64,000 bases of DNA from the human T2T-CHM13v2.0 reference genome, Homo sapiens, in assembly GCF_009914755.1 (NCBI RefSeq), contig NC_060935.1, one strand, 5' to 3'. This document shows, piece by piece, positions 1-12,699 of the stretch (positions within the stretch are counted from its first letter, which is position 1; the number at the start of each line of letters is the position of its first letter). The notes under the pieces were generated by a model. It had not been told where the DNA came from. It ran no database searches and saw only the letters and a list, made by a program, of their open reading frames with translations. A program made the translations under genes and the position numbers.

Positions 1-59
1 ATCCCATTTGAAGCTCTGTGGTAAAAAGAAGCTTGACTCATTTAAAAAAAAAAAGTGAA

Positions 60-610
60 AGAAGGCCAGTACAGTGAATGAGGAGGATAGTGGCAAAAGA
101 CAAACTCCACATCATATGGAAATCACAGGCCATTTTAAAGAGTTTAGTTTTCATCCGAAGTTCAATGAAAATACATGAAATGTAAATAGGCAATGAGAGG
201 ATCAGATTTATATTTTAGAAACAACTTTCTATATATGTTACAATATGAAAAATTACAGAACAGAGGCAAAAGTGGAAGATGCAATTGCAAATTAAGTTTC
301 AGTTGCACTGATTCAGGAGAGAGGACACTGCAGTTTGGATCATGGCAATGGAGATGGGAAAGAGTGAGGACATTTAAGAAATACTGAGGAATGGAGCTAT
401 GGAATTTTCAGAAGGTTATATGACTTCTAAATTTCTTGCTTAAACAACCATTAAGAAAAAGAACACAGAGAATAACTAGCTTTGGGAACAAGATTATGAG
501 ATTTATTTTAAGTATAGTGACTTGATATTCAAGTAGAAACATTACATATACTACTTTAGAATTTCAAATATTTTACATTGAAAATATGAATCTGAGAATG
601 ATGAGTCAAG
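60..610 (-). mobile_element. LINE-2 (L2) fragment, highly diverged
   Basis: gagtttagttttcat...gatcagatttatattttagaaa...caggagagagga...ggagatgggaaagag resembles the L2 antisense 3' region; boundaries approximate. Confidence 0.6.
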
Positions 611-1197
611 CCTCTTTTGGTTGCAGTATATATATAGTATGTATATTCAATCTATCTATCCCTCTATCATCTATTATCTATCTATCAGTCTATTTGGATT
701 TTATTGCCTTGTATTACTAGAAAGTTGACTCAAAGTTAGCTTCACATATGATAATATCCTGGGGCTCAAATACTTTTATACTTTTATGAGTCCCTTTAAT
801 TTAGAAGCTGAGAGGAAGCTAGATTGAATTTGGCAATTCTGGAAGGTGAATAGTTGAACAGCATGTGTCATTATTCTCAGCAATATCTCTGTTGCTGTCA
901 CTTAGCTTCACCATACTTGATTTATATTAATTCAGTAAGACAAAAGCTTTACCACATGCTCAACAAATCGATTTTAAATAAGGCACCATTCTATTTATGA
1001 ATACACTTTCTCTTAAACCTTAGTTTCACCTTCCTCATTCTTCATCTTCTTAATCTGTTTAATAAAAACAAATAAGACAAAAACGCCTGAGAGTTGAAAC
1101 AACTTCAATTATTAAACCACTAATTCTCTTACACCAAATGTAGTCTATTCTCTGCTGTTGTGCTGGTAATCTATGGGGGTTAATTCTGTGACATTCT

Positions 1198-1871
1198 CAA
1201 CATCAAACTAATTTTTTAAATTTTTGTTTATACTTTAAGTTCTAGGGTACATGTGCATAACATGCAGGTTTGTTACACATGAATACATGTGCCATGTAGG
1301 TGTGCTGCACCCAATAACTTACTCGACATTTACATTAGGTATATCTCCTAATGCTATCCCTCCCCACTCCCCCCACCCCACAACAGGCCCTGGTGTGTGA
1401 TGTTCCCCTTCCTGTGTCCAAGTGTTATCATTGTTCAATTCCCACCTATGAGTGAGAACACGTGGTGTTTGGTTTTTTGTCCTTGCAATAGTTTGCTGAG
1501 AATGATGGTTTCCAGCTTCATCCATGTCCCTACAAAGGACATGAACTCATCATTTTTTATGGCTGCATAGTATTCCATGGTGTATATGCGCCACATTTTC
1601 TTAATCCAGTCTATCATTGTTGGACATTTTGTGGAGAAATAGGAACACTTTTACACTGTTGTTGGGACTGTAAACTAGTTCAACCATTGTGGAAGACAGT
1701 GTGGCGATCCCTCAGGGATCTAGAACTAGAAATACCATTTGACCCAGCCATCCCATTACTGGGTATATACCCAAAGGATTATAAATCATGCTGCTATAAA
1801 GACACAGGCACACGTATGTTATTGTGGCACTATTCACAATAGCAAAGACTTGGAACCAACATCAAACTAAT
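1198..1871 (-). mobile_element. 5'-truncated, 5'-inverted (twin-primed) L1PA element, L1PA4/5-like, including TSDs
   Basis: 1213-1629 is the L1 ORF2 end, 3'UTR and polyA on the minus strand (ORF ...HVFSLIGGN). 1630-1860 is the immediately upstream L1 segment on the plus strand. TSD caacatcaaactaat at 1198-1212 and 1857-1871. Confidence 0.93.
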
Positions 1872-2429
1872 ATTTCACACCTTGATTTTTCATCATGTCT
1901 ACATCCCACCTTCTATTACATCACCCTTATTGTTTTCCTTCTAGGGCTTTCCTGATGGTCTAAAAAGCCCTCTGAAAGAATTACATAAGGAATATGGAGA
2001 AGGAGGAGTAACAATATGAGATCCACCCTGTAATTCATCACAGCGTCAAATACTATGTGAGAAAGATAGCTGAGAAGTACAGATGAGAGACAATTACAGT
2101 AGGAAGTATGCAATATTCTGTGGTTTTTGTAAGATATCCTCATGACTCATTCTATGTCTCAGAGTCAATGTCTTCATTGTCTCTACACCTCAGATTTTTC
2201 CCTTCAAGACACATGTATGGACTTGGTCTCAGAACTCTTGTCAGTATTTCAATTTTTCTCATTGAATTTCACCATTTCACCCTTTCCAGGACATTCAAAT
2301 TTACACAATTCTCAAAATCTTTTTTTAAAAAGAAGTCTTAATTTGCTCTCATCCCCTCCTGAGTTATATTTCTCTCTTTCTGTTTACTTTCAAACTTGTA
2401 TTAATGGAGCACATTTTATACTTCCATTC

Positions 2430-3400
2430 CTTTATTAATTCCTTGCCTTCTGAAAGTCATCTTCTCTTCAAAACTTCCTACAAAATTGCTTTGTTAAATG
2501 CTAACATTCTTTTTTGCAATTTACTTTTTGCTCTTTGATTTCTCTTGAACCCTTTCTTTTTGAAATTCCTTCTTCTCTTAGCTTTTGTATCCCAGTGCTA
2601 TTTGTTTTGGAACTACTCTTCTGAATTCTTATTTTTCCTTTTCATTTCTGGATCATATTTCCCCTACTGTTTATAAACTCAAGAGGTTGAGTTCTTCCTT
2701 TTTTTTTTTTTTTTTTTTTTTTTTGAGATGGAGTCTCGCTCTGTCACCCAGTCTGGAGTGCAGTGGTGTGATCTTGGCTCACTGCAACCTCCCCTCCTGG
2801 GTTCAAACGATTCTCCTACCTCAGCCTCCCAAGTAGCTGGGATTACAGGTGCCCATCACCACATCTGGTTAATTTTTGTATTTTTAGTAGAGACGTGGTT
2901 TCACCATGTTGGCCATGCTGGTCTTGATCTCCTGACCTTATGATCCACCCACCTCAGCCTCCCAAAGTGCTGACATTACAGGCGTGAGTCACTGTGCCCA
3001 GCCCTCTTTTTGTTATTCATGTTGTATACTCTTTTCTTTTTGTGAAAGTGGAAAACCATTTTCATGGTTATTCCTTGTCCTACTCATTAAATGATCCAAA
3101 CTGTAGCCACCGACTATACTACCACACATTTAGCTATGAAAAATATACTGTTCACCTAGGATAGCAAGATTACCAATACTTGTAGTACAATTTAAAAATT
3201 ATGGTTACTGTTTGATTTAAATCCAATAAACTGATTTTAAGTAACTGAGAGTCAGGGCCTCCAATAGATAACTTATTTCCCTATGGATTTGACAATCATC
3301 TCTATTGATATTGATTCTGAAATTTATTGTATCCAGGCCAGACCTCTCTGCTTGAGCTCCAGACTCATCTACTCTCTATGTATCAGTATATGCCTATTTA
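2430..3400 (+). mobile_element. Degenerate L2 fragments flanking and interrupted by the AluS
   Basis: aaaattgctttgttaaatg..., ttttgaaattccttcttctcttagctttt... and ccagacctctctgcttgagctccagactcat resemble L2 ORF2 3' region. Confidence 0.45.
2699..3003 (-). mobile_element. Full-length AluS (Sc/Sg-like)
   Basis: Poly-T 2699-2725 followed by gagatggagtctcgctctgtcacc...gtgcccagcc; dimeric; short cctgaccttatgatcc variant; TSD not resolved. Confidence 0.95.
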
Positions 3401-4864
3401 GGACACCAGGAAGGTGGCTGAACTAAGGAGGCAGGGCCTGTGAGATGTAAAGCAGCATCATGCAACTTTCTTGTGAATAGAATATAAACATTTAGCAATT
3501 ACCTAGCCTTGGGGAATAATGATTTTAAGTGCTGAGCTTACAATTCAAACCAGAAAAAAGCAAACAATGGCTATAATCAGGTTATGTTGTTGAATATAAC
3601 CATGTGTATCAGTAATACACAGGACAGTGAGATACCTATCTACTTAGCTATATGACAACTATCACCAGAATATCAGTTACTCAGCAACTGAAACATTTTT
3701 TTTTTTCTGTTTAAATCTTGCTTTCCTTCAAGGATATATTCTGGCATTAATTACTTTTTGACAGTTACCCAATCCTCCCTTCTCTCAATAATGAATTTAT
3801 TTTTCATATATCTGCCTATGATGCTTTGTTTATATTTCTGTTAATGCAGTTCTCTCTAATCATAGTAAGACAGGATATATTAGGTGTTTACCTGTGCATG
3901 CTACAGCTAATTTCTGATCTCTATGAATTAAAGAAATATGGACTTTTTCCCTCCTTTCTCACTTCTTCCCTTTCTCTTCACCTTCATTCTTTCTTTTTTT
4001 CTTTGTATTTCCCACAATGTCTGGCTCATTATAGGTGCTCAATAGCTTACTGGTGTTTAAACGGAATAGTTTTTTTTTTTTTAAGTAATCAGCTGACATG
4101 TTAGGCAACCATTTCATATTAAACATTTTACATCAATTTCATTACAACTTTAAGTAGTTAATTTCTTAACTCATAACAGAAAACAAGATACTTCCCTCCC
4201 AGCTTATATCAGCATTATGTTATTAATAAAATTTCTATCCTATTTTTCCAGGCACTTTTCCTTCTAATAGTTGCTGACAATGAGTCATAGCTACAATGCC
4301 ACCACAGGCAGGTCTCAGGGGATCATTGTCCCCACAAGGCAGTGCATTAATTTCACACTGTGGTTCATTAATGGTATTGTCAATGCCCCCATGGGGTATG
4401 GGTGTTTGTGAATCCCTGATGTTTCCTGATTACTTGGTTTGCACTCTATTCCTTCTCCAAAAAGTCATTCCCACTATGCTGTCACCAGCGAAAACACTGC
4501 CTAGTGGTACATCATGTAAACTATGCACATAGTCACATTCTATTACTTTAGCATTTTATATTGCACCTGTTGATTTTATTTATAAATTGATTTTCCTTCT
4601 GCTAGGCTAAAGCATGTTAATGATTTTCTGGGTATAATGTGATAAGCTATGCATGGAACTTTCAGATGAATCTGTCAGTTCTCATTGTCTTCAAAACTCA
4701 CTAATATTCCCTCAGAATATTTTGAAAAGCCTTATTTGGAAATTAGTTTACCATATAAATTAATTTATAGTTGGTAGTTTAAAAGTAACTCTTTCTGCTC
4801 TTGTGTGAAATTCAACATCTACTTTAGGTAAATGTAAATTTATTATATAGGAAAAAATAATTTA

Positions 4865-5750
4865 ACAGCTAAAAATATTTGATAAGTGCTAATATGTGTC
4901 AAGCACATGTCCAGGTACTGGCAATATATGATAAGAGATAAGAAGGGTGTTTACTTTTATGGGGCTTTTGTTAGAGAATTTAGCAGAAAAAACAAATACA
5001 CACATACTCATAGATAGATAATATATTTAGATAGCAATACATGCTGAAATAAAACAGTAAAATGCGATGGAGTAGATAATAATGCTGGAGGGGATTGTGG
5101 CACTGCAGCTAGACTGGTAAGGAAATTGCATTCTGAGATGGCGGCATTTGAACTAAGACCAAAAAAATTAGAAGAGTCACATGGAGGTCTATGAAAACAA
5201 TGTCCTGGGAAGAAGACACAATGAATGAAGAGGCTTTGGTGCAGAAATAAGCAGTGGTATGTTCTAAGAATAGAAGGAAGAACATTGGGGCTGGAGCATA
5301 ATGTGCCAAAGGGAGACTAGTAAGAGATTACTTTGAATAGGTAGAGAGGAACACGATCACATTTGATTTGTAAATCATTTTATTCTAAATATGATATGAA
5401 ACCATTGGAATGTTTTAAGCAGGGGAATTATATGATTAATCTACGCTTAAAGATTATTCCAGGTACTCTGTGGAAAATGTACTAGAGAGGATCTAAAATG
5501 AAATTAGAGGATCAATTAGGAATCTAATATGCTAATCCAGGTAAGGGATGAAGATAGCTTGGAATTGAGAAGTGCAAATGTTAGCGATATATTTTGAAGG
5601 TAAACACAATGTAATTTGCTGTTGGATTGGATGTGCGGAGTTTTAAATAGAGAGGAGCAAAGGGTGAGCTTAAGGTTTTTGGCTTGAAGAAGGCATGGTA
5701 GAAACATAACTGAGGTGGAAGTGTCTGGTGCTGAAGCAAGGTTTAGAGGC
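4865..5750 (-). mobile_element. L2 (L2a-like) 3' region
   Basis: aatatttgataagtgctaatatgtgtcaagcac... and ttttattctaaatatgatatgaaaccattggaatgttttaagcagggga...tccaggtaagggatga match L2 antisense motifs. Confidence 0.75.
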
Positions 5751-5758
5751 GTAGACTC

Positions 5759-8015
5759 CAATATAGTTTGGCTCTGTGTCCCCACCCAAATTGTACTCCC
5801 ATAATTCCCACATGTTGTGGGAGAGACCTGGTGGGAGATAATTTGAATCATGGGGCAGTTCCCCCGATACTGTTCTAGTGGTAGTGAATAAGTCTCACAA
5901 GATCTGATGGTTTTATCAAGGGTTTCTGCTTTTGTATCTGCCTCATTTTTTTCTTGTGGCTGCCATGTAAGAAGTGCCTTTTGCCTCCTGTCATGATTCT
6001 GAGGCCTCGCCAGCCACATGGAACTGTAAGTCCAATTAAAACTCTTTTTCTTCCCAGTTTCGGGTATGTCTTTATTAGCAGCATGAAAACAGACTAATTA
6101 TAATAAATTGGTACCAAGAGTGGGATGTTACTGAAAAGATACCTGAACATGTGGAAGCAGCTTTGGAACTGGGTAACAGGCAAAAGTTCGAACAGTTTGG
6201 AGGGCTCAGAAGAAGACAAGAATATGTAGGAAAGTTTGGAACTTCCTAGAGACTTGCTGAATGGCTTTGACCAAAAGCCTGATAGCGATATAGACAAATA
6301 AGGTCCAGGCTGAGGGGTTCTCAGATGGAGATGAGGAACTTGTTGGGAACTGAAGCAAAGGTGACTCTTGTTATGTTTTAGCAAAGAGACTGGCAGCATT
6401 TTGCTCCTGCCCTAGAGATTTGTGGAACTTTGAAATTGAGAGAGATGATTTAGGGTATCTGGCAGAAGAAATTTCTAAGCAGCAAAGCATTCAAAAGGTG
6501 ACTTGGGTGCTGTTAAAAGCATTCAGTTTTATAAGGGAAGCAGAGTGTAAAGGTTCAGGAAATTTGCAGCCTGACAATGTGATAGAAAAGAAAAACCCAT
6601 TTTCTAAAGAGAAATTCAAGCCAGCTGCAGAAATTTGCATAAGTAACAAGGAGCCAAATGTTAATCCCCAAGACAATGGGGAAAATGTCTCCAAGGCATG
6701 TCAGAGATCTTCATGGCAGGCCCTCCCATCACAGGCCCAGGAGGCCTAGGAAAAAGTAGTTTCCTGGGCCTGGCCCAGGGTCCCAGTGCTGTGTGCAGGC
6801 TAACGACTTGGTGTCCTGCATCCCAGCCACTACAGCCATGACTAAAAGTGGCCAAGGTATAGCTTGGGCTGTGGCTTCAGAGGGTGCGACCCCCAAGTCT
6901 TGGCAGCTTCCATGTGGTGTTGAGACTGCAGGTGGACAGAAGTCAAGAATTGGGGTTTGGAAACCTCTGTTTAGATTTCAGAAGATGTATAGAAATGCCT
7001 GGATGCCCAGGCAGAAGTTTGCTGCAGGATTGGGGTGCTCATGGAGAACCTCTGCTAGGACAGTGCAGAAGAGAAATTTGGGGTTGGAGCCCCCACACAG
7101 AATCCTGACTGGGGCACCACCTAGTGGAGATGTGAGAAGAGGTCGACTGTCCTCCAGACCCCAGAATGGTAGATCCACCGACAGCTTGCATCGTCTCCCT
7201 GAAAAAGCTTCAGACACTCAACACTACCCGCTGAAAGCAGCCAGGAGGGAGGCTGTACCCTGCAAAGCAACAGGGGTGGAGCTGCCTAAGACCATGGGAG
7301 TCCACTTCTTGCATCAGTGTGACCTGGATGTGAGACCTGGAGTCAAAGGAGATCATTTTGAACCTTTAAAATTTGACTGCCCTGCTGGATTTTGGAGTTG
7401 CATCGGCCCTGTAACCACTTTGTTTTGGACAATTTCTCCCATTTGGAATGGCTGTATTTACCCAATACATGTACCCAAATTGGAACCAGGAAATAATTAG
7501 CTTGATTTTGATTTTACAGGCTCATAGGTGGAAGGGACTTGCCTTATCTCAGATGAGGCTTTGAACTGTGGACTTTCGGGTTAATGCTTAAATGAATTAA
7601 GACTTTAGGGGACTGAGGGAAGACACGCTTGGTTTTGAAATGTGAAGGCATAAGATTTGGAGGGGCCAGGGGCAGAATGATATGGTTTGGCTCTGTGTCT
7701 CCACCCAAATCTCATCTTGAATTGTACTCCCATAATTCCCATGTGTTGTGGGAGGGAACTAGTGGGAGATAATTTGAATCAAGGGGGACCATTCCCCCAT
7801 ACTGTCCTTACGGTAGTGAATAAGTCTCACAAAATCTGATGGTTTTATGAGGGGTTTCCGCTTTTGCATCTTCCTCATTTTCTCTTGTGGCTGCCATGTA
7901 AGAAGTGCCTTTCACCTCCTGCCGTGATTCTGAGGCCTCCCCAGTCATGTGGAACCTCCTTTTCTTCCCAGTCTCGGGTTTGTCTTTATCAGCAGCATGA
8001 AAACGGACTAATACA
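5759..8015 (+). mobile_element. Complete THE1A (ERVL-MaLR) provirus: 5' LTR 5759-6102, internal 6103-7677, 3' LTR 7678-8015
   Basis: Two homologous LTRs (..atatggtttggctctgtgtc...gactaataca); internal region starts taaattggtacc; purine-rich tract before the 3' LTR; perfect 5-bp TSD GACTC at 5754-5758 and 8016-8020. Confidence 0.95.
6420..7500 (+). pseudogene. Disrupted THE1 internal (MaLR gag-like) ORF remnants
   Basis: ORFs 6420-6749 (WNFEIERDDLGYLAEEISKQQSIQ) and 6793-7500 (RFQKMYRNAWMPRQKFAAG) are typical THE1-int peptides; split by stop/frameshift. Confidence 0.75.
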
Positions 8016-8327
8016 GACTCTCATGGCACTGACCAGATTTTGCCTCCTATTACAGTTTTAAGATTTATCTATCTCCTCTACTAAACCCACAGAGAACAGT
8101 CACATCTGAGAGTTCCATTCGGGCTGACTAGAAATGTTATTTCCTTTCCCAAGCCCTGACTACTCCCAGCATTTCATCTGGCCTATATTTATTCATTTGG
8201 CTATTTCCTCCCCAAAGCCTTCCTTCATCCTACCCCACCATCTAAATTAGGCTCTGGTACAACTCTAGATTCACATTCTCTGACAGTAGGAAAATCATTC
8301 AGAAGTTCATCATAAAAAATATATTCT

Positions 8328-8629
<302 letters not shown>

Positions 8630-8634
8630 AAAAA

Positions 8635-8637
<3 letters not shown>

Positions 8638-8671
<34 letters not shown>

Positions 8672-8828
8672 TATATACACACACACACACACACACATAT
8701 ATATTATATATATATTATATATATATTATATATATATAATATATATATTATATATATATTATATATATTATATATATATTATATATATTATATATATATA
8801 TATTATATATAATATATATATATATATA
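8638..8828. repeat. Compound microsatellite (CA)n-(TA)n-(CA)n-(TA/TTA)n, about 190 bp
   Basis: Directly visible. Confidence 0.97.
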
Positions 8829-10014
8829 TTCTCCACATGTGCCTACCTGATGGAGGAAAATGAATTATACGTGCTCTGCATCTAAACCTATTTCTATATA
8901 GTTTCACTAGGAAAAATGGTAATTTTCAATACTATATATACCCCCGTATGGTGCTTTATATTTACAAAACCTCTGTCAGCAACATTATTTAATTAACTCA
9001 TCTGAGTTCTCCTGCTAGTTAACTATTTATTAGTGTTACTAAACTCTATATGAGAAAAGTAAGGGTCAAGACTCTTCAGACATTTTAATTAAGATTATGA
9101 GATAGTGATAGTACTGAGAATCAAATTTAGAACTCTGTTACAATTGCAATCTTCCTTCCGCCCTAACACAGCTTTTTCTGAAGTCCCAAATATTTAATTT
9201 TAACCTTGATTTAATTTTTAATCTTTTGCTTTCCTTCACTACATGTATTCACATACACACATTCACAGGTTTTGCATATAAATATCCATTTACATTAAGA
9301 GGTCAAGAAGCTTGGGCACTTTGGAAAGGTCTTGGACAAAGTGAGGAGAGCAGTGACAAGTGTGATTATAGTCCTGTAAAAGTGAAGCTCTATAAAGATC
9401 TTCCCTCAGTACTGGATGTAAATACTAAATATTTAAACTCAGAATCAGTTTAAATAGATGTCCTGCAGGCACTAAATAGTGGATAAAATATAGTTTACAT
9501 TTTAACAACTAGTTATTACATAATCTCTTTCAATTTTCCTTAATTGTACTTAATATTAAATCATTTTATTCCCACTATTGGGGTATCAGAGGATATTTAC
9601 AACTATAATAAGTGCAAATGGACAATAAGAAAACTAATTTTCTGATGCTTTGGCCCTATGAAGCCCAGATAAGAACTGAGAAAAATATACTGTGGATTTC
9701 AGTACAAAGCTCAATAGCATCCATAAAATATTGACTAAAAGTTGGAACTCTTAAATTTTAATAAGGCCTATTTGCTTTCTTAATTAAATATAGCCTAATG
9801 AAAAGTAATTAAGGTACATAGAGAGATCTGGCTAGAAATTTTTTTACTAGTCCTGAGAATTTTGTTTAGTTATATAGACAAGTTCCAAAGGAAACAAAAT
9901 CATCCAATTATTTATTCACTATTGTCAAAGACATCAAAGATGAACGGAATCTCTCTTTTATTTGCTCACAAAATTAGAAAATTATATTAATTATATATAT
10001 TCATAGTTGCATAG

Positions 10015-10480
10015 TAGGGAAATAATTGTCTTTGGATCAGAGAGACCTGGGTTTGATTCTAGCACCTCATCTTGTTAGGCGATTAGACCTGGAACAGTTA
10101 GTTAACCTCCATGAGACATGCTTTCATTAGCTGCAACATGTGAGACAAAAGAACCAAATCTACATATTTATTGTTATCATTAATGTTAAAATACTAAAAG
10201 CACCCATATAAAACGGACACGAAATGAAAGGGGTCATTGTAAGATTAAAAAATTAATAACGTAATGCTCACAGAATCTAGTACAGTACCTGGGAACTTGA
10301 TAAATATTTGTTGAATAAATAAATACTAGATACTGCTAACTGTGATACTAAATAGGCTACTCAATGTTTCAGTAGTTTCCTTCCCATTTGTAAAAACAAA
10401 ACATGCCTCCTTATTTCATTCAACAAATATTTACCAAATGCCTGCTCTGTATTAGGCACTGTGTTAAGCTCTAGCTACTG
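10015..10480. mobile_element. MIR (+) followed by MIR/L2 3' ends (+ then -)
   Basis: agacctgggtttgattctagc...ttagttaacctc; ataaatatttgttgaataaat; cattcaacaaatatttaccaaatgcctgctctgtattaggcactgtg. Confidence 0.6.
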
Positions 10481-12699
10481 GGAATAAGTTCAACTTTCAG
10501 AAAAATTAGTAAAACACATCCCTGAATGAACTATTTCCAGACACTATGATGGGTTTGGCAGCACAAAGAACAATATGACCTTATAGAAAGTGTTCCCAGT
10601 GTAGTTTTGAGGTGTGAAGACTTCTTAGAGAATAACTGAGATGTATAAGCCATACAAAAATGGCAGAAGAACTGAAGTGATGAAAGTAAGTTATAGGTGA
10701 AAGGAACAGTATAAATACTAAGAAAGCATGGCTTATTCTGGGCTCGTGTGGTTTTGGTGTGAAGAACTTGTATACTGCAGATAAACTGGCTAATTTTCTT
10801 AATTTGTCACTCATCAACTTCTTTAGATGCTGATCTTAGACAGTCCCTAAGACACTGTTGTTTTCCCTTTCATCCGGATTCAGCTTTAGCAGATCACTTT
10901 CTGATCCCCAGCTCTGTTTTTCTTCTACCTGCTCAGCTTTAAGGTCACGCCTATGCCTTCTGGTGTCTGACGTCAGTTCATGACCTTCACTGACTTCCTA
11001 CCTGTGCACTGTTCTTGCCAAGAAGTCAGAGGCTTGGCTGTGGAGCATAGCGATACGAATAACCAGCAGACACTATCTAAGACTAAGCCAGGGGGGTATA
11101 AACAGGCCTGATCTCTTTATTCCAAAATTAAAAGAACATTTTTTTTTTGTTTTGTCCTTTATTGAAGAGATATATTTAAAGTTCCTTCCTTATGCCAGAC
11201 ATTGTCATAGGTACTGGGGAATCAAAATAAACTGTCCTTTAGGAGCTTGTTCTCCAACTGGGTAAATAACATAAAACCAAATACATAACACAGCAAGGGA
11301 GGCGCTGATAAAAATCTATGAAAATGTCTATAACACAGAGATGATTCTTATCTGGTAGTAAATTTTTTTAAACTCAGATACATAAGAATACAACTGAGCA
11401 TATATAACAGAGGCATCACAGTTTTATTATTTTCTGCTTTATGATTAAATCAACTTTTTTTATTACAGTAATGGTTTTACAATATGAGAAACTTGCTTTA
11501 CCCTGAATTTCAGATATTTGATTCTAACTTAATTGTCCACATTTTGTTTTTGAACAGAAATCCATTTGCTTTTTGGGAGAAAAGAAACTCCATCATTATG
11601 GGAAGGCATATTATAAACCTTGAACAAAAAGGTAATATCATGAAATAGATTCATTCATTAAAATAGGTTATTATGCACAACTCCCCAGTGATATTTTTAT
11701 TCATGCTGCTTTATTTTTTAAAAAAAAATGAGTTCTGAAATGAATTAATTACAATTTATTTTTAAAAATTTCCTAATTCCTAAGGATCATCATAATTTGG
11801 CATTGATAGGTAAATAACTAAATTCTGAAAACTGCTGAGAGTGCCTATTTTGGATTTGATGTCACACTAGGTGTGGAGATGCCTCAAATGAATGACAAGG
11901 TCCCTCCCCTCGAGGATTTGTCACTTCAGTCACAGACAGATAAAAGCTGTTCTGATGTGGTGTGAAAAGTGCTCTTTTATTATAAATCAGGTTGGGTTGG
12001 CAGTAAGAGGGGGCCATACAAGGTTTCTTGGCCAGAGGTACAACCTGCACTGAGAATTAAAAGGAAATTCTATAATTGTGGAATCCACATTCAATTTCGA
12101 CTTCACCTCTTTATTCATCTTTCTGCTCAGTGGTTTTGTTTAGCTCTTTAGATGGAACCTAAATAGGTAGAGTTTGGACAAGAAGCAATTTAAAACCAGC
12201 CTATGGATCAATTTTTTAGTCTGATATGTGAAGTTTGTAAAGCACAAAGAGGCTCCCTGCCTTTAAGGTCTTCTGTAAATAAGTTTCCACTGACACTTGA
12301 AGAGAGGGTGGAAACTAACGTTAAGCCCTTCAAATTGCAGAGAATGATGGGCTGGGAAGAGGGCTGGATGAGGAGAGCAGCACAAAAGGTGGTGTAGGAA
12401 AGGATAGTATATTTCTAATAAAGTTAAATAGAGGCTTAAATCAAACACTTTTTCTACCATAACCATAGTTTTATTTTTTTCTTGATCACTGGAGAAAGGG
12501 TCACATTTTTACATAATTTAATTATTGTATTTATCCATGTAGTCATTTTCCCATATTTGTGAGAATAATGTATAAATGTGTCAAAATTTTGGTGTGTGGT
12601 GTTTCAAAAAATAATAGTTACTTTAGCCATGTAGAATAAACTTAAAGTGACCTTCTTATTAAAAGTACAAATCACTATGCAGCCAAAGCAATTAGAAAT

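Noticed and set aside
1922-2111. Acceptor ttgttttccttctag (1944) and donor-like GAA|gtatgc (2106) suggesting a 161-nt exon
   Set aside because: No supporting reading frame or partner exons; a lncRNA exon cannot be excluded but is unsupported.
6793-7500. Longest ORF in the window (235 aa) as a novel gene
   Set aside because: Lies in the THE1A internal region, starts at GTG and is a fragment of the known disrupted MaLR ORF.
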